Assembly (NCBI GenBank): GCA_963422375.2
Contig: OY729428.2
Location: forward strand, 2,400,001 to 2,464,000
Source: Bryobacterales bacterium
GTDB taxonomy: Bacteria; Acidobacteriota; Terriglobia; Bryobacterales; UBA6623
DNA: 64,000 bases
Reading direction: 5' to 3'
A program made the translations under genes and the position numbers. Below, one piece after another: positions 30,001-40,390 of the stretch. How positions within the stretch are numbered: the stretch's first letter is position 1; each line of letters begins with the position of its first letter. The notes beneath the pieces are model-generated. The model made no database searches, was not told the origin of the DNA, and saw only the letters and a list, made by a program, of their open reading frames with translations.

Positions 30001-33000
30001 CCTTCCGCGAGCCCCCGCTCGCGCCGGTCGCCCGCCTCTTCCGGCGCCTCCCCTTGTAGAACTCCTCGAGTTCTCGCGCGGCGCCTTCGATGTCCTCGGC
30101 GCTCATGACGTAGAGCTGCTCCAGCAGCTCCCTGCTCATGTCGCCGAAGTCCGCGAGCATCCGCTCCCGCCAGCCCTTGAATCCGTCGTCCTCGATGCGG
30201 GCCATGCCCGCGACCGCGCCCAGCCCGTCGATCCTGTCCGTGTCGTCCGCCAGCACGGCCTTGGCGAACGCGGCGTCGTCGGAATCGTCGCCCGGCCTGA
30301 CCTTGCCGCCCTTCGGCTTGCCCGGCGTCCGCGGGCCTCCCGCGGTCTCGCCTTCCTCGCTCTCGGCCTGCTTGCCCGGCGTCCGCGGGCCTCCCGCGGT
30401 CTCGCCTTCCTCGCTCTCGGCCTGCTTGCCCGGCGTCCGCGGGCCTCCCGCGGTCCCGCCTTCCTCGCCCGCGGCCCGCTTGCCGCGGCCGCCGCGCTTG
30501 CCGCCGGTCCCGGCATCGCCCTCCCCGGCGTCCTCGGGGGCCCCGAGCTTCTTCGCGGCGGATTCGACCCAGCCCGTGGCGTCGTCCAGGGACTCCTTGC
30601 CGATGTCGGCGAGGATCTGGTCGAGGGCTTTCCCCCTGTCGCGTCCGAACGCCTCGTAGTGGAACTCGGCCAGTTCCTGCCCGTCGGCGGCCCGCTCCAT
30701 CTCGCTGGCCGCGGCGTCCTGGAGGCGGCCCGCGGCCTGCGCGGCGGCCTCGCGCCCGACCCCCTCGTTCTTCGCGCCGTGACCGTCGGGCCAGACGACC
30801 TGGATCGCGGCGGTTCCGTCGCCGCCCTCCGCCCCGGCCGCCTCGGGCGTGGCCGGCGGCGGCACGGGGCCCCCCGGCGGCACGGGGCCCCCCGGCGGTA
30901 CGGGGACTCCCGGCGGTACGGGGGAGCCCGGCGGCACGGGGCCCCCCGGCGGCACGGGGACTCCCGGCGGTACGGGGGAGCCCGGCGGCACGGGGCCCCC
31001 CGGCGGCACGGGGACTCCCGGCGGTACGGGGGAGCCCGGCGGCACGGGGCCCCCCGGCGGCACGGGGACTCCCGGCGGTACGGGGGAGCCCGGCGGCACG
31101 GGGCCCCCCGGCGGCACGGGGACTCCCGGCGGTACGGGGGAGCCCGGCGGCACGGGGCCCCCCGGCGGCACGGGGACTCCCGGCGGTACGGGGGAGCCCG
31201 GCGGCACGGGGCCCCCCGGCGGCACGGGGACTCCCGGCGGTACGGGGGAGCCCGGCGGCACGGGGCCCCCCGGCGGTACGGGGACTCCCGGCGGCGTATC
31301 CGCCGGCGGGGTTCCGGACGCGCCCGGATCGGCAACGGTTCCGGCATCGGCGCCCGTCCCGGTCCCCGCGCCCGCTTCCCGCTCGGACTCCTTCTTGCTC
31401 CGGTCCAGCGCTTTCAACCGGGTGCGGAGGATCTTGAGCAGCGACCTCAGCCGCTGCGTGGAGAGCGCGCTTTCCGCGATGGGGTCCGCGGGACCCAGGC
31501 CGACCGCTTCCTTGGCGCCGGCGATCATGCCCTCGGCCGCGCTCTTGCCGTGGACCCTCTCGGCGTATTCGCGCAGGCTGAAGAATTCGGCCGATACCTC
31601 GGCCCGGGTCAGCTCCTCGGCCTCCCGTTCCTTCGCGTCCCGCTCGGCGGCCTTCAGGCTCTCGCCCTGCAGCTGCCGGAGGAATCGCTGCCGCTTCTCC
31701 GCGGGCAGGTCGTCCGGGCTGTCGATGCCCTTGTAGCCCGCGAGAATTTCCGCGACCAGGGTGCCTTCGGGGTCCGCCGTCCGGACCTCGCCCAGGAATG
31801 CTTCCAGCGCGGGATCGGCGATCTTCTCCGCCCGGGCGCCCTGCAGCGGCAGGTCCATCTCGAACGGATCGTCCGGGCTGTCCTCCCGAACCAGCTTCAC
31901 GAAGGCCGGGATGACCGAGCCGTCCTCCTCGGTGACGCTCGCGCCGGCCCCGGCCACCCTGGCCTTGACCTTCTCGCCCGCGTCGTCGTCGATCCGAATC
32001 CACTCGCCTACCTTGGCCGGCAGCTGCCCCGCGGCCAGGATCCGGTTCTCCGCGACGTCCGCCTCGGCGTCCGCGACGATCTCCTTGCCCCTCCGGACCT
32101 TGTCCGTGTCCACCGGGGAGCGCTCGTCCTCGGGCGTGACGCTCGCCGCGGCCTCGCTCGCCTTCTTCTCGCGCTCGGTGGCCCGCCGCCCGTTCCGGCG
32201 GTTGTCCCAGGCCGTCGAAACCGCCGAGAAGCCGCCGCCGGCGACGCCTCCCGCCACGCCTTCGACGGCGACGTTCAGCGCCCGCCGGTCCAGGTTCGGG
32301 TCCCCGGTCGCCATGGCGACGGTGGTCTCGTGCAGGATCGCTTGGATCGCCTCGGTGGATCCCTCCTTGCCGAATCCGATCCCCGCTTCCGCCAGCAAGC
32401 CCTTCCTGTCCCTGGCCGCCAGGGTCGAGGCCAGGTGCTTGAAGAACTCCTTGCGCTTGCGCCCGGCGAGCCCCTTGATCCAGCCGAATCCCAGCGAGTC
32501 GACGCTGCCGATCAGCGGCGCGACCCAAATGGCGATGTCCGCGGCGCGCTTGTCGTCTCTTTCCGCCTCCCCGGGGGCGTTCCTCAACCCCTCCGACCCC
32601 GACCAAACCGCGTTCCGCTTGGCGGCGAACTCTTCCTGCAGCGCGGCGAAGAGCTCGCCCTTCGCCATGATGCCGCCGACCGTGAGGGCCGCGCCGAGGC
32701 CTCCGAAGGTTCCGCCCGCGACCGCTCCCGCCGCCGCTCCTTTCGGGCCTCCCGCGGCGCCCAGCTTGGCTCCGGCCGCCGCTCCGGCCGCGGTTCCGGC
32801 CGCTCCGGCCAGCAGCGACGGGATCGTGGTCCCGACGCCCTGGGCGAGCGTCGACACGAGCTTCCCGGCATCGAGGAAATCGGACCAGCTCTCGATGGAC
32901 CGGACCTCGCCCACGGGGATCCCCCGGGCCATCTTCCGGATCGCGATGCCGTTGGCGCGCCTGTCCTCGTCTCCGGACCGGATGCCCTCCGCTTCCCACG

Positions 33001-33571
33001 CCGCGCCCAGCATCTCGAGATTGGATTGCGTCAGGCCTGCGAACAGCCCCCGCAAGCCGGCCTCCCACCAGCTCGGCCCCTCCTCTTCCTCTTCCGGCCG
33101 GGGGGGCGCGGCGGGGAGCGACTCCGGGAACCCCCGCAGGAACCCGCGCTCGTTGAAATCCGTCGCCGGGGGGTACCGTTCCCCCTCCAGGTCGATCCGC
33201 GACCGGATCTCCGAGGCCTGCCGCCGCCACGCGGCCGCCCTGCTCGGCAGGCTGTCCAGCCACTCGCTGAAGTTCCTCTCCTCTTCCTTCAGCTGCTCCT
33301 TGAAAGCGTCCGAGCGCCCCTCGATCTCTGCGATCTCCCTATCGGCGCTTTCTCCAATTTCTTTCCGCTGGCCTGCGTGACGCTCCCCGATCCGTTCCGT
33401 CTCGTCATCGAGCTGCTTCTTCTGGTCCTCCAGCCATGTATCGTGCCGCGCCCGCCGCTGCTGCACGAACTCGTCCGCCTCCCGCCTCTTCCTCTCCCGG
33501 CGTTCCCTGGACTCGAAGAACAGGTCGTCGAGAACCTTCCGCAGGTTCGGACCGGGAACGTGTCTGGCCAT
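18014..33571 (-). CDS. Giant polyvalent DarB-like protein (LPD1-like, N6-MTase-like, SNF2 helicase, zincin-like)
   Basis: 5185 aa. [88 protein letters not shown]. Confidence 0.9.
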   Translation of the reverse strand: MARHVPGPNLRKVLDDLFFESRERRERKRREADEFVQQRRARHDTWLEDQKKQLDDETERIGERHAGQRKEIGESADREIAEIEGRSDAFKEQLKEEERNFSEWLDSLPSRAAAWRRQASEIRSRIDLEGERYPPATDFNERGFLRGFPESLPAAPPRPEEEEEGPSWWEAGLRGLFAGLTQSNLEMLGAAWEAEGIRSGDEDRRANGIAIRKMARGIPVGEVRSIESWSDFLDAGKLVSTLAQGVGTTIPSLLAGAAGTAAGAAAGAKLGAAGGPKGAAAGAVAGGTFGGLGAALTVGGIMAKGELFAALQEEFAAKRNAVWSGSEGLRNAPGEAERDDKRAADIAIWVAPLIGSVDSLGFGWIKGLAGRKRKEFFKHLASTLAARDRKGLLAEAGIGFGKEGSTEAIQAILHETTVAMATGDPNLDRRALNVAVEGVAGGVAGGGFSAVSTAWDNRRNGRRATEREKKASEAAASVTPEDERSPVDTDKVRRGKEIVADAEADVAENRILAAGQLPAKVGEWIRIDDDAGEKVKARVAGAGASVTEEDGSVIPAFVKLVREDSPDDPFEMDLPLQGARAEKIADPALEAFLGEVRTADPEGTLVAEILAGYKGIDSPDDLPAEKRQRFLRQLQGESLKAAERDAKEREAEELTRAEVSAEFFSLREYAERVHGKSAAEGMIAGAKEAVGLGPADPIAESALSTQRLRSLLKILRTRLKALDRSKKESEREAGAGTGTGADAGTVADPGASGTPPADTPPGVPVPPGGPVPPGSPVPPGVPVPPGGPVPPGSPVPPGVPVPPGGPVPPGSPVPPGVPVPPGGPVPPGSPVPPGVPVPPGGPVPPGSPVPPGVPVPPGGPVPPGSPVPPGVPVPPGGPVPPGSPVPPGVPVPPGGPVPPGGPVPPPATPEAAGAEGGDGTAAIQVVWPDGHGAKNEGVGREAAAQAAGRLQDAAASEMERAADGQELAEFHYEAFGRDRGKALDQILADIGKESLDDATGWVESAAKKLGAPEDAGEGDAGTGGKRGGRGKRAAGEEGGTAGGPRTPGKQAESEEGETAGGPRTPGKQAESEEGETAGGPRTPGKPKGGKVRPGDDSDDAAFAKAVLADDTDRIDGLGAVAGMARIEDDGFKGWRERMLADFGDMSRELLEQLYVMSAEDIEGAARELEEFYKGRRRKRRATGASGGSRKGSSGQAAGEAASTQEQRQQEDQQEDQEEDQDEGKGQIGEWDKTDKELEELAGMFSGLPGISTAGAAALGTGAFASWYLGGTAEGIELALAAPALDPKLLGKAVQLGRHVFSLGARKFQDFADRMIRIAGDNIRPYLQKTYESLRRAPQVISRGIDKAMDSTAAVARAAKRYARVKRSAGEEVIDYWRDSRKKARAQAAEIGEDLEKLLRMTQKAKLLDFGNPGGTEGRNHYLHLVYEAQPTFLKWLEERKNLFRARGRSSKRIIDELVREGRFSFEDLHGWAAEYSAAYGALAEAVKGADTVKQARDSLRAAVYVKLPGHFRMRDLFRKSWVRQNVELTELGEWFVDNIARGGTATAEPTGARGVYEIQRTNIVGMVEALSVRIEDTIPVGNPGSVRPTYKFDRDHPPDRAGMPEWREGGRDASLEELKSKFGFKGVTAGSESYMSDREVQDRANWIYDGFMDLAHLLGLDPVEIGLKGQLKISIAHTGRGGALPSAAFFEPKDFHINVTKVAGDGTLAHEWGHALDHFLRNNLNRPDSDALHRLMSETFRDRPSYRKAFNRILDRLNAYAEAKEREAEARERSSAQIYEHSRAVVLPELSKLLAAESLYGGSAERRAYATDYLEASQATGNASYWANDEELWARSFEAMVHDLLAGRKSLYLVDDYAIEPPEGVPTVYPRRAEREAFFANWQEFFRRLRIPEGSFELDRHGQYPLGRGWEAPPYARGRELARARDAMGIDPESWEAGMNLPSEDGRYWYRTGRAGRRARSVPQDYGWHWRDGGNAEFVGYAAPLLPETVRESGLEPTIFDNRGGFAPLENESGEGATGEQGAEDGDGPDGRWKETGLGEPKGDPAGDGEAPEGGGSAAGGDPDGDGGRDRDSGGGAAPGGGMETGERGTGARAGLARGQAGLALYRIGSEPGDWHPPGVADGLRAAARGNVRALEILFRLREERRAPSLREQRDLAAYAGWFPLRGVFGDRAARRYEWLVSARSRLLELVGAEDVERMKRLAGGSAQIDRTTGAFLWNVAQAAGFRGGRVLVPGAGVGHLAGLVPDSLLAGVRDGLFLVEPDPVAAAIAKRLYRQAAVYPQGLEKAALPAGWFDLAIGHLPAAGEAPKDPKYNRRHGARLSAYMLWKTVQLLRPGGVAVALVESGYMERQDARGSPRSILSEHADLVAAIRLPYTFLDRHAGGTPAADVLVLRRKVPGEADAGWGRWMNGAARAPDRWAVAEEYRDRFGDERLETRLNEIWVGGAGNSAALWLGGRALVPDGTGDDLAPAALPGPSPDGAPGTDPGLQGRMNDALTRLPDGGYETASAAEGEGRGRKWFATTPDDVPEYAYVDKGGVPHQKVGGKLREVEFASHLTAKAKEREKFVLLRLIALRDAARKLLYLQGQRGAGRDRIEQARKLLNRLYDTFREGWRVKKSARFRGYGPIQQAVRASVFFGTGGRAPFEADPEYRLVFDLEKWDTEEKEWVKTDIFFRDMVEPPAEPRTADGPEDALGWSLNIHGRVDLGYMSGLTGMSRDQTALALGGRAYRDPSTNDWVTADEYLSGNVREKLAAAEAAAEASAAYRRNVEALRKKVPADIAIDKIAYRLGSPWIPHGLIREFLADFANRSSGASNRFEARHFRIDHVPKVNSWRAYGAAPASEHALKGTALAARTYGAGTLTFQDIFNDMLNQSTSKIRREGESGKPVIDEASMARAEEIKERIQEEFERLVAAGDASARELERAYNDAFNAHVRRTFDGGFLNFPLISLPRRERYRPRKHQADAIWRVLQQRFAYLSHAVGTGKTLILVGAAVRAKQMGLARKPALAVPKKKVGDFAREFRQWFPAARALVLNVPQPVDYVRLAGWVEQIEGLEARIGAGGELSAQDSSRLERLRDSAAKAEARMARRKTAVARIAEFDWDAVILSHEHLEYVRTGPNARIATVRRELGQVQTEIATLPEGSGPAVGRQLREEARRLESRLLELGREATLPDDAMPFEETGIDMLLVDEADLYKNLEFDTRLDGIAGIQPEGAARSLELYNKLEQLRQTGGRAVLASGTPLSNSIAEMFTLARYVQPEMLRHLGISHFDAWAATFARVEAVTEYDATGRNVKERRRFKKFTNVPELVANYAQNNDSVTAEGIGLERPKLWKGKPQVVTIERNRYLDEYLAWLMKQLRHESAELPLTPLQVIDKGRKAVADMRWINPLTWPDSLREDHPDGDTGQTKVDRMADELEDIYRRTADWKGVQVIFMDRHAPQREHAAFEFHFAREVARKLSLRGIPEREIGSFLELDEGTRSGMLRSEELQRKAREGEVRVVLASSTRGGRGTNIQERIAALHHLDPTWTAADLEQRNGRGLRQGNLSGEYGWDLRIYYYGVKGTVDNLMWEKVLNKGHVLQRLAAGFVQDREIEDVGSSAVDFASESGLSEMQAALADNPDYIRRAELQAQAARMSVLKEAHDNERREAGIEADSRRERAERTDARAGDLRLQAAVLESVTHVSWRKRAHGTGEPGEGRATYELGKSAKAWKEAVGGIPEKLDRQAEEENARTGRYRDGMTLASMLNGNEQEVGTVYLSLVKGRETGFGQERRWKDAETAFVLEIGVEKYEHGRGSTPAAMISADIKRVARGIERSESEASSLRRSADDMESRIEGEFPGNERLEALRDELRQIEEKLGRDARREEGDAPEAALSDRPRDMRPYRRTVAPAKAEPVREALRDTLRRLVPRADLDARETLASGGTISLGEALDQPGFFGPPQGQFDPEGVSPGWAGVVRVALGGPDALRALRHEAVHALRHSGLFAEEEWGALVAAGEDGRWLARYDIAGRYPELLDDSGGWTESAYEEAVAEAYAEWAADYSKPGFAAAARRLFIRLRRFLRRLGQALGAAGVKPEDVYVDIETGEVGRREFGSGERSGGGVRESRAAGEAFRFEDEAEERAWQEGRKGVRGDRPGLAERIRDGLKEQAQMFVRTYRDLPRSAGYADAHEWLRALEAAPSLAATDLSRHLRKLAGGLDGSEADLLARGVFMEDLAEDVLRGRAVPIFDSEESFRAERRRVRAELAKRPDLQLRIRRRRAYVRSVAQKLVAAGLISPESLARQNYVTHQVLEYARAASHPVAKKVARPRWARRMGTKLLINTDLLEAEAHWLAKALVDIKMADTIEKIAGRYDYSGEVRKGADDLNRRLLDGMIAEEWRERMPFAASGYDDAMAYLRGIEDRRERAERRSEASELRVFGGLYAANTAVAKQFGFLARAIEAAYERSDPWISKLPRGLDEAVDALAVAARKVTNETTGREDAPQADHPRLWEAAAWLAHNAGEVGREAAGLFKALGDKRSRVRDVLGEAYANPRDLQQALERLRRNEVPGFERMTAWQPDPGRVLFTALTVPQHIAERLRERLGEALRAPGAQGPQVGAAEIQLLTDNIREGLMLGGPRRQLALPAELAATLDSFGDKSEGAWVFEWARAIVRWWKRWVLTNPFSVLKYNMNNVSGDLDGVIAGFPGPAALWRGRSRELARRAARESWDVTVLGKTPSADYREAAERGLFDAGWSMAEVYDVRNEVDRELSRGAWNGVKKAWSYLPKATAARENILRYAVYLAVRDSIAEQRAAGTDSKALMPTVGYGAGNPAVAEHIGDDRDRAAYIARETVGDYGAISVYGQQLRSMLVPFWSWQEINFKRYWRLFGNAYKAGRGYGAKERMRNLGVSVGTRAALWAGSRAFLFWAGVQIFNRLFWDDEEEELREEDQRRLHLIVGKTADGQVVMARTPGALSDFLNVFGLDDVRVALDHVDKGRGSFGDVLAAISKAPVERLINGVVPVVKLPLELAAGRSLFPAPLSPRVIRDKGRHLAQAFRLEHVYDLTLGRPTRGFGNTAASLAADMRDLGESSYARVRSLAYRWLKEEKGQAYAGGFQSDRAAAYYYHRLAVRYKDRDAARFWFERLKELRVQREEYADMLKRAHPLGMLGVTDRRRFLATLQPDERRGLARAVKWWGETYGKGRAEMLRE
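30318..30470. repeat. 54-bp tandem repeat (~3x, [18 protein letters not shown])
   Basis: Seen directly in DNA and protein. Confidence 0.85.
30856..31294. repeat. Higher-order VNTR: 8 x 54 bp built from 18-bp subunits ([18 protein letters not shown])
   Basis: Near-perfect repeats inside the giant ORF. Confidence 0.95.
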
Positions 33572-33596
33572 GGCGGAATCCCGCGGAATTCCGCGG

Positions 33597-34412
33597 CTAG
33601 TTTTCCCTGTCGATCGGGTGGCCCATTTTGGAGTAGTACTCCGCGAGCTCTTCCCAAGTCACCGGATCCCCGCCCCGATCCGCGATAAGAGCGTTCTTTT
33701 CTTGCGCCTCGGCCTCGAGCTCCGACCTCGAGTAGGGGTGCTGCGTCGGCAGCCTCCAGTCTTCCGCGCCGTGCAGGTCGATGGAGTTAGCCGCGAAGCT
33801 CTGCCAGTACTTGATGACGCCCAGGTCCTGGACTTCCGCCCACGTTTCCTCGTCGACGGTCGTGGCCCACGCCTGCACCGCGTCCGTGGCGAGCTTGGTG
33901 ACCTGGTTGCGGAAGGCGGCGTAGCCCGGCGCGCCCTTGCGCATCGGATCCTGGAGGGCAGCGTTCTTCAATTTCAGATGCGCGATCTGGATTTCCCGGT
34001 ACGCCTGCGTGTCTTCCAACTGGTTCGCTCTGAATTCCAAGTCCCTCTTCTGGCGAGAGTTCTGGCCTTCCTGGTTCATCTCGGCCAGCTTCATGCTATG
34101 CGCGCGGTTGGCCCGGCCTTCGCTTTCCCTGACCTTGTTCGACGTCGCGGATCTCTCGTCGTCGGCCTCGCGTTCCGCGACCGAGATTTTCCAACGGCTG
34201 TTCAGGTTTTCGAGGTGCCGGATTTCGGCATCGTTCCGCTCGATCCTTAAGCGCCTTTCCGCCGCGTCCTCCGCCTCCCGGGCGCGGTTGGTCAGGTAGG
34301 CCTGGCGCAGCGTCTCGCCGCGCATCTGGCGCACGTGCTCGGCATGGGACGCGATGCCCGTGCCCGCTCCCCTGGCGGCCCCGGCCAGGGCGTAGGAGAG
34401 CAGGCTAGGCAC
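33597..34412 (-). CDS. Putative internal virion (ejection) protein
   Basis: Gly/Ala N-terminus LAGAARGAGTG followed by coiled coil; synteny. Confidence 0.65.
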   Translation of the reverse strand: MPSLLSYALAGAARGAGTGIASHAEHVRQMRGETLRQAYLTNRAREAEDAAERRLRIERNDAEIRHLENLNSRWKISVAEREADDERSATSNKVRESEGRANRAHSMKLAEMNQEGQNSRQKRDLEFRANQLEDTQAYREIQIAHLKLKNAALQDPMRKGAPGYAAFRNQVTKLATDAVQAWATTVDEETWAEVQDLGVIKYWQSFAANSIDLHGAEDWRLPTQHPYSRSELEAEAQEKNALIADRGGDPVTWEELAEYYSKMGHPIDREN

Positions 34413-35106
34413 CGGGAGCGGCCCCCGTCTGGGGCGCGGCCTGCGTCCCGGGCGGCGCCATGCCCTGCTCCGCGGCCAGGTCCCGCGCCATGCCGTCCAG
34501 CGTGCCGTCGGCGTCCATGCCGACCAGGCCCTCGAGCTCCCGCTCGGCCTCGCCCCGCTCCCACAGGCCCGAATCCCGCGTCAGGCCGTACAGCTGCTCC
34601 GCCGCGCGCAACCCCGCGCTGTTGACCTCTTCCTGCGAGTAGTCGTAGATGCCCTCGCGGGCCGACACCTCGGCCAGCTCCCCGACCGCTTCCATCGTGC
34701 CCGCGTAGGCCGTCGCGCCCTCCAGGGGCGCCCCCGCCCGGCCCGCGTCGCTCGCCACCTTCGCCCCCAGCGCCGCCGCCGCCGCCGCCAGCGCGTTCAC
34801 CGCCGCGTCCGGGTCCGACTGGTCGAACCGCAGCATGTTCACCGGCTCCGGGGCGGCCTGCCCGTCCGGCGTGCCGCCGCCGTAGATCAGCCCGTAGATC
34901 TTGTCCAGGAACTCCCGGACCTCCGCCTCGTCCGCCCGCTCCCGCTCCCCGGCCCGCAGCGCCTCGGCGTGCTCGGCCGCTCCCGCGGCGAGCGCCGCCT
35001 GCGTGGCGGTCTCGGCTCCCTCCGCCGCGGCGGGAGCGGCGGGAGCGGCTCGCGGGGCGGCCGCCGGGGCGGTCCGGGGCGCCTGCGCCGCGTCGATCAG
35101 GGCCAT
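34405..35106 (-). CDS. Hypothetical virion-module protein
   Basis: Acidic Ala-rich ORF coupled to the downstream gene. Confidence 0.7.
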   Translation of the reverse strand: MALIDAAQAPRTAPAAAPRAAPAAPAAAEGAETATQAALAAGAAEHAEALRAGERERADEAEVREFLDKIYGLIYGGGTPDGQAAPEPVNMLRFDQSDPDAAVNALAAAAAALGAKVASDAGRAGAPLEGATAYAGTMEAVGELAEVSAREGIYDYSQEEVNSAGLRAAEQLYGLTRDSGLWERGEAERELEGLVGMDADGTLDGMARDLAAEQGMAPPGTQAAPQTGAAPGA

Positions 35107-35138
35107 GCCGCAGCGGCCGGGAAAGAGCCGCTTACGGT

Positions 35139-35927
35139 CTATGGTAACGGATGAATGCCGTCAGTCGGCGATGCGAACTCGATGCTCGACTCCGCGTCGA
35201 ACTTGCGGCAGTCGCTGTACTCGATCAAAAAGCTATAAGGGATATACCCCTTGAAGTGAATCTCGCTATACGATCGGGCGGGCAGCAGGTGCGTTCCCTC
35301 GCCGATGCGGACGCGCTGGTAGTCGAGCCTGAAGCTCCAGCTCCTCAGGCGGGAGCGCCTGGGAATGAAGAATTCCCGCGACTCGACGGAGAGCACCGAG
35401 CCGGCGGCGGGCTCGGTCGTCAGGTGCGCCCTGAAGCCGAACTGGCGGCTGCGGGTGTCGTTGAGCCACGTGGAGTACCCCCAAGGCTTGGCAGGCACCA
35501 CGGCTTCCAGAACGCGACGGCCGCCCCGCGTATTTCCGACCCACCGGAACCTGGTCTTCGCCGCAGGCTGGAAGATCCCCTGGAGCATCTGGTTGAAGTA
35601 CCCTCTGGATGCGACGCCCCGATCGGACTCGGACGTAATGGCTTCCGAGCACGGCAGGCTCCGCAACGGCCCGCCTCTTTCGGAATACCGGCAGTCCGCG
35701 TACTGGTCCGTGCCCTCCACGTACCGCACGGTCGAACGGAAGACGCTGTACGGTCGCATCACCCCGCGGACCCGGTGCCATTGCCGCTCCTCCTTCCCGC
35801 ACAGGAAGTCGGGCAGGGAATCGTCGTATCCCCGCACCCACAACTTGACGCGCTCCAGGTCGGCGTCGCCGCGGGCGGGCGTCGCGCAGGCCGCCAGCAG
35901 GACCGGCAGGATCAGCTTCCAGCGCAC
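35139..35927 (-). CDS. Predicted lipoprotein (moron)
   Basis: MRWKLILPVLLAAC lipobox; LPDFLC...EYSDCRKFDAESSI resembles a family of exported acidobacterial hypotheticals (recall); lower GC. Confidence 0.7.
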   Translation of the reverse strand: MRWKLILPVLLAACATPARGDADLERVKLWVRGYDDSLPDFLCGKEERQWHRVRGVMRPYSVFRSTVRYVEGTDQYADCRYSERGGPLRSLPCSEAITSESDRGVASRGYFNQMLQGIFQPAAKTRFRWVGNTRGGRRVLEAVVPAKPWGYSTWLNDTRSRQFGFRAHLTTEPAAGSVLSVESREFFIPRRSRLRSWSFRLDYQRVRIGEGTHLLPARSYSEIHFKGYIPYSFLIEYSDCRKFDAESSIEFASPTDGIHPLP

Positions 35928-35945
35928 GGCAGATTCCCGTGCCCC

Positions 35946-36947
35946 CTACCCGAGGGCGTAGGCCGCGAGGCTCCCCTCCTGCGGCTTGATACGGGGGTAC
36001 TTCCCTTCCAGCACGTCGTCCGCCACTCGCAGCAGCTTCGGGCGCTTGTCCTCCGCGGAAGCGACGGCCGCCAGCGGCGATACCGCGACGGGCGTCGCGG
36101 CCTCGGCCCGCACGGGCAGCTCCTGCACGGGCTGCGGTTCCGGCAGGTACTTGGCGAACAGGCCCCTGCCCGGCGGGGTGATGTAGAACTGGCGGTCGAA
36201 CACCGTGTCCCAGTCGATTTCGTAGCTCTCCCGGCGATCCTCGATCGTCTCCCGTTCCATCTCGGCGCGAGCCCTGTCCCCGAGACCTTGCAGCGCCCCC
36301 GTGCCGACTCCGGCCAGGGTCGGGCCTATCCACGGGCCGTGCCTGTCCCAGAACCCTCCCTGCGGAGTAGATCTGGGCGGCGGGATCGGGTCCGGTTGCG
36401 GGGCGCCGCCGCCGGGGCCGGTCCCGGGCGGCGGCGTCTGGTTAGCAGGCGGCGGCGACGGGGGAGCAACGCCCTGCCTGCCGAAGCCCCTGACCTGGCT
36501 GGGATCCTTGACGCCGACGCCGAAGGCTCCGAGAGCGGCCCCGCTGACCGCTCCGACACCGGCCCCGGCGGCGGCGCCCCGGCGCCAGTCCTGACCGCTG
36601 GCGGCGGCCGTGCCGGCCCCGACCAGGGCCCCGTAGCCGGCCTGCTTGATCGCGCCGGTCAGCATGCCGTGCAGCACGCCGGCCTTGGTCCCGAACTTGA
36701 TGCCGATCAAGTTCACGAACTTCGACACGGCGCCGCCCCAGAAGGGCGTCACGCCGAGCGCGGCCCCGACGGTGAAGAACGCCGCTCCGGCCAGCAGCAC
36801 GATGGGCGCGACCTTCTTGACCGCCTTGCCGACCTTCTTGATGCCGCTCCAGACTTTCTTGCCGACCTTCTTGATGCCGCGCCAGACTTTTTTGAAGAAA
36901 CCGAGGAAGACGCACCTCCCGTCGGTCAGATCTCCCACACGCGGCAC
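35946..36947 (-). CDS. Putative DNA ejection/pilot protein
   Basis: Lys-rich amphipathic repeats GFFKKVWRGIKKVGKKVWSGIKKVGK followed by Gly/Ala hydrophobic segments. Start uncertain. Confidence 0.65.
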   Translation of the reverse strand: MPRVGDLTDGRCVFLGFFKKVWRGIKKVGKKVWSGIKKVGKAVKKVAPIVLLAGAAFFTVGAALGVTPFWGGAVSKFVNLIGIKFGTKAGVLHGMLTGAIKQAGYGALVGAGTAAASGQDWRRGAAAGAGVGAVSGAALGAFGVGVKDPSQVRGFGRQGVAPPSPPPANQTPPPGTGPGGGAPQPDPIPPPRSTPQGGFWDRHGPWIGPTLAGVGTGALQGLGDRARAEMERETIEDRRESYEIDWDTVFDRQFYITPPGRGLFAKYLPEPQPVQELPVRAEAATPVAVSPLAAVASAEDKRPKLLRVADDVLEGKYPRIKPQEGSLAAYALG

Positions 36948-37345
36948 ACCGGCCTGGGATGCAGCGGGCGCAGGAGCCTGCCGAACGCTTCCATGTTACC
37001 AAGCGCGGCCCAGGACGGCACCAGAACCCGCTTGCGCGTGCGCTGCCGCAGCGCCGCGAGCAGGGGCAGGCCGCAGCCGGGCCCGAGCAGGAAGACCACC
37101 TGCAGCCAGGCCATGCGGTCGCACACGTCCCACGCCTGGCACAGGCCCGCGAAGACCCATCCGCGCACGCTCCCGTCCTCGGCGACGGCCACCAGGCACT
37201 CCCCCTTGCGCGCCTTGCGCGCCCAGGCGACGCAGTTGCCCGCCCGGCGGCGGCAGGATCGCGGGCTCGCCTTGCCCCGCGCCGCGGCGTGCAGGATCGC
37301 GGCCATCCGCTGCACGTCGGCGAAAGCCGCCTCGCGGACGGTCAC
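36926..37345 (-). CDS. GNAT-like protein
   Basis: TVREAAFADV...CLVAVAEDGSVRGW; usual position before ejection genes. Confidence 0.55.
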   Translation of the reverse strand: MTVREAAFADVQRMAAILHAAARGKASPRSCRRRAGNCVAWARKARKGECLVAVAEDGSVRGWVFAGLCQAWDVCDRMAWLQVVFLLGPGCGLPLLAALRQRTRKRVLVPSWAALGNMEAFGRLLRPLHPRPVCRVWEI

Positions 37346-37348
37346 GCG

Positions 37349-38659
37349 CTAGGGCCGCGGCTCGTCCGCTGCCGGCTCGTCCGCTGCCGGCTCGTCCGCT
37401 GCCGGCTCGTCGTAGGTGCTGGGACCGTCGAGGATGGCGTCGAAGGCCTGCTGGCTCCGCTCGTCTTGCTCCTTGAGCGCTTTCAGCGCCCTCTCCCTGG
37501 CTGCGGGCGTCATGTCCCTGCTCATGACGACCTGGAACTGCGCGTTGTAGTTCGCGTCGAGGGCCAGCTTGCCGTCGATCTTCATCTTCTCGCGCTTGAG
37601 CGCTTCGTCCAGCGCCGCGAGCTCCTTGCGGTTGGCCTCGGAAGCTTCGAACTGGTCCTTCCTCTGGTTCAGCTCGGCCTCCTTGAGGTTCTTATCGTTT
37701 TCGTCCCGCAGCTTCTGGATCCCGTTGCGGGCTTCCTCCAGCTCGACCGACTTCAGGCGGTGCGCCTGCAGGCTGTCGATCTCGTCCTTGCGCAGCGCCC
37801 TGTCGAGCGCGGCGATCCGCTCTCGGACTCCCGACTCGTATTCCTGCATCTCCTTCTGCTGGATCCGGAACGCCTTCTTCTCCGCCAGCTCGGCCGACCA
37901 GTGACTCACCTGCGCGTTCAGCTTGTCCCTCTCGTGCGCCAGCCCCTCGCGGCGGACCGTGACGTCCACCCCGTGCTGCCGCTTCTGCTCGGCGAGAGAC
38001 TCCCGCCTCACGCTGATCTCCTCGCCGTGCTGGCGCCTCTGCTCGCCGAGCGTCTCGCGGCGGACGGCGATCTCCTCGCCGTGCTGCCGCGCCTGCTGCG
38101 CCAGGGAATCCTTCCTGACGCCGATCTCGGCCCCGTGGTGGCGGTCTTGCTGCGCCAGCGAGTCCCGGCGGTATCCCATCTCGGCCCCGTGGTGGCGGTC
38201 CTGCTGCGCCAGGGAATCCTTCCTGACGCCGATCTCGGCTCCGTGGTGGCGGTCCTGCTGCTGCAGCGAGTCCCGGCGGAACCCCATCTCGGCCCCGTGG
38301 TGGCGGTCCCGCTGCGCCAGGTCGGACTCGCGCAGCCGCACGTCGTCGCCGTGCTTGCTCTCGTCCAGCGCCAGGCGGAGCAGGCTGCCCTCGCGGGAGT
38401 CCTTCAGGCGGCGCGCCTCGATCGCGGCCGCCGAGTCCGCCTGCGCCAGAGGCACGGCGTGCCGCACCACCGCGTCCTGCGCCGACTGGGCGGCCAGGGA
38501 CGAATTCAGCAGCCCGCGCGAGTGCGCCCGCTGCAAGCCCTGCGTCCGCGCCTGCCGCATCAGCGGCCCGTCGGTCTCCACGATGGAGCGCACGCGCTCC
38601 GTCGGCAGCGGCAGCTTCGTCCGCTCCCTTTTCAGCGCCAGCTGCGCCAGGCTAGCCAT
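37349..38659 (-). CDS. Internal virion protein with ~7 x 17-aa repeats
   Basis: RGLLNSSLA..A...A.P.AQ.D motif; repeats RHHGAEMGFRRDSLQQQD; C-terminal DEPAA x3. Confidence 0.75.
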   Translation of the reverse strand: MASLAQLALKRERTKLPLPTERVRSIVETDGPLMRQARTQGLQRAHSRGLLNSSLAAQSAQDAVVRHAVPLAQADSAAAIEARRLKDSREGSLLRLALDESKHGDDVRLRESDLAQRDRHHGAEMGFRRDSLQQQDRHHGAEIGVRKDSLAQQDRHHGAEMGYRRDSLAQQDRHHGAEIGVRKDSLAQQARQHGEEIAVRRETLGEQRRQHGEEISVRRESLAEQKRQHGVDVTVRREGLAHERDKLNAQVSHWSAELAEKKAFRIQQKEMQEYESGVRERIAALDRALRKDEIDSLQAHRLKSVELEEARNGIQKLRDENDKNLKEAELNQRKDQFEASEANRKELAALDEALKREKMKIDGKLALDANYNAQFQVVMSRDMTPAARERALKALKEQDERSQQAFDAILDGPSTYDEPAADEPAADEPAADEPRP

Positions 38660-38981
38660 TGCGGCGGAGTTTCGCTCCGGCGGCCCTCGTCGCCCTCGTC
38701 GCCCTCGTCGCGCTCGTCGCGGCCAGCTCGATCTCGCGGATCGCCTTGATGATCTCGGCGTGCTCCCGGCGGTGCATGTCGGTCATCGAGACCAGCTGGT
38801 CGCAGGCCTTGGCGATCTTGCCGTACATCTCCGCCAGATCCCCGCAGGACCGGGACACCATCCTGTGCATCTCCGCGATCTGGCTCATCGAGCGCGTGGC
38901 GCGCTGCACGAAGAAGGCCGCGGCCACGATCAATATGACCAGGCTGACGCCGCTGTCCACGACCTGCACCCACTCGCCCAT
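38652..38981 (-). CDS. Membrane-anchored protein (lysis module)
   Basis: One TM plus helical tail; coupled. Confidence 0.55.
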   Translation of the reverse strand: MGEWVQVVDSGVSLVILIVAAAFFVQRATRSMSQIAEMHRMVSRSCGDLAEMYGKIAKACDQLVSMTDMHRREHAEIIKAIREIELAATSATRATRATRAAGAKLRRNG

Positions 38982-38984
38982 TCC

Positions 38985-39635
38985 TTACCTCCCGAACAGG
39001 ACCGTCAGGCCCATCGACGCCCCCGGCGACCAGCCGGGACCGAATCCCTTGACCGCGCCGGCCGTCGCGCCGACGCCCCAGCGCAGCTTCCAGCGCTGCC
39101 TCCCCTCGAGCGTCCCGGCGCGGGCCTCGGCCAGCTCCCGGGCCGCCCGCTCGCGCTGCGCCAGCTCCTCGAAGCGGTCGGCCAGCTCCCGCACGGAAAC
39201 GGTCTCCCGGCGCGCCGCCGCCAGGGCGTCCCGCAAGGCGGCCACCTGCCGGAACAGCGCCTCGATCTCCTCGCCGCTGACCCGCAGGGCCTCCGGCAGA
39301 TCCGCGCGGAGCAGCTCCAAGCGCTTCCGGTCGAGCGCGGCTACGGGCAGTGTCTCCCGCTCGGCCGCGGCGACCGCGGCGACCGTTTCCGAGCCCCTCC
39401 GCTCGGCCTCGGCGCGGGCGGCCTCGGCCGCCTCGCGAGCCTCCCTCACGGCCGCGGCCCGCAAGCCCATCTCCGCCGCGTAGGCTCGCGCCTCGGCCTC
39501 GATCCGCGCCCGGCCGGCCCGCTCCCAGACGGCGAGCGCCTGCGCGGGCAGGCCCGGGGCCGGCAGCAGGGCCGCCAGGCCGAAGCCCAGCCCGACGCCG
39601 GCGGCCAGCGCCCCCGCCAGGGCCCAGGCGCTCAC
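38985..39635 (-). CDS. Spanin-like TM + coiled-coil protein
   Basis: N-terminal TM, long Ala/Glu/Arg coiled coil, beta-strand-like C-terminus (possible unimolecular spanin). Confidence 0.55.
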   Translation of the reverse strand: MSAWALAGALAAGVGLGFGLAALLPAPGLPAQALAVWERAGRARIEAEARAYAAEMGLRAAAVREAREAAEAARAEAERRGSETVAAVAAAERETLPVAALDRKRLELLRADLPEALRVSGEEIEALFRQVAALRDALAAARRETVSVRELADRFEELAQRERAARELAEARAGTLEGRQRWKLRWGVGATAGAVKGFGPGWSPGASMGLTVLFGR

Positions 39636-39844
39636 GCGCCCCCCTGCCGGCGGTGCCAGGCTTTCGCCAGCCGCTCGAGCGGCCCGCAGAGCGCCGCCCA
39701 GGCCCCGGACTGCAGCATGGCCGCCAGTCCGCCGACCGCCAGCAGCAGGCCGCAGGCGATCTCCAGCCAGCGCGCGTTCGCCAGCAGGACGAGCCCCGCG
39801 AACAGCGCCGCGACAGGCACGGGGCGCGGCCGGAACGCCGTCAC
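39632..39844 (-). CDS. Small membrane protein
   Basis: GTGA overlap; 2 hydrophobic segments. Confidence 0.5.
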   Translation of the reverse strand: MTAFRPRPVPVAALFAGLVLLANARWLEIACGLLLAVGGLAAMLQSGAWAALCGPLERLAKAWHRRQGGA

Positions 39845-40170
39845 GACCGCTCCTCGGGCGGCGCGAACACGGGGTGCAAGCGCTCGAACTCCCGCCCGGT
39901 GAACGTCATCACCGCGCCCCGGGCGTCCCGCACGGCCATGCGCCCGACCCCGAACTCGACGATCCGGCAGTCCCGCATGGCGGTGTGCGGCAGGCCCTCT
40001 ATCTCCAGCCGCTCGATGGTCGCGCCGACGCGCACCAGGGGGTCGGACGCCAGCCGGCGGTAAGCCCGCCGCCGCCGCCCGCCCTCGACGAAGGCCGACG
40101 CCCCGAACGCCGCCAGCGGCGACAGGAACGCCAGCGCCAGGGCCGTGCACAACGCTTCGATCATGGTCAC
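39841..40170 (-). CDS. Membrane-anchored hypothetical protein
   Basis: GTGA overlap; N-terminal TM MIEALCTALALAFLSPLAAFG. Confidence 0.55.
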   Translation of the reverse strand: MTMIEALCTALALAFLSPLAAFGASAFVEGGRRRRAYRRLASDPLVRVGATIERLEIEGLPHTAMRDCRIVEFGVGRMAVRDARGAVMTFTGREFERLHPVFAPPEERS

Positions 40171-40382
40171 TCGCAGTCCCCCCGGGCGCACTGCCAGGCC
40201 AAATGCAGCGCCAGCGCGCCGCACGACACGAACACCACCGCCGGCCCGATTTGGAACGCCAGCAAGGCCATCCGCTCTATCCGCTGCCCCAGATCGTGCA
40301 CGTTCATCGCCCACAGGAACGCGAGCGCGATCGAGGCGCAGCCCAGGGCCGCGAGCCCCAGCGTCTTCGCGAGCGTCTTCAT
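40167..40382 (-). CDS. Small 2-TM protein (holin-like)
   Basis: MKTLAKTLGLAALGCASIALAFLW...; directly after the endolysin. Confidence 0.55.
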   Translation of the reverse strand: MKTLAKTLGLAALGCASIALAFLWAMNVHDLGQRIERMALLAFQIGPAVVFVSCGALALHLAWQCARGDCE

Positions 40383-40390
40383 CGGATTCG

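Noticed and set aside
18014..33571. N4-like virion RNA polymerase
   Set aside because: Despite the size and the N4-type capsid, I saw no RNAP motifs; the motifs are MTase-like, SNF2 and zincin-like.
18002..33688. Very long + strand ORFs (2004, 1628, 1264 aa) and similar overlapping frames elsewhere
   Set aside because: Antisense or shifted shadows of real genes in very high-GC DNA; low-complexity Arg/Pro/Ala translations.
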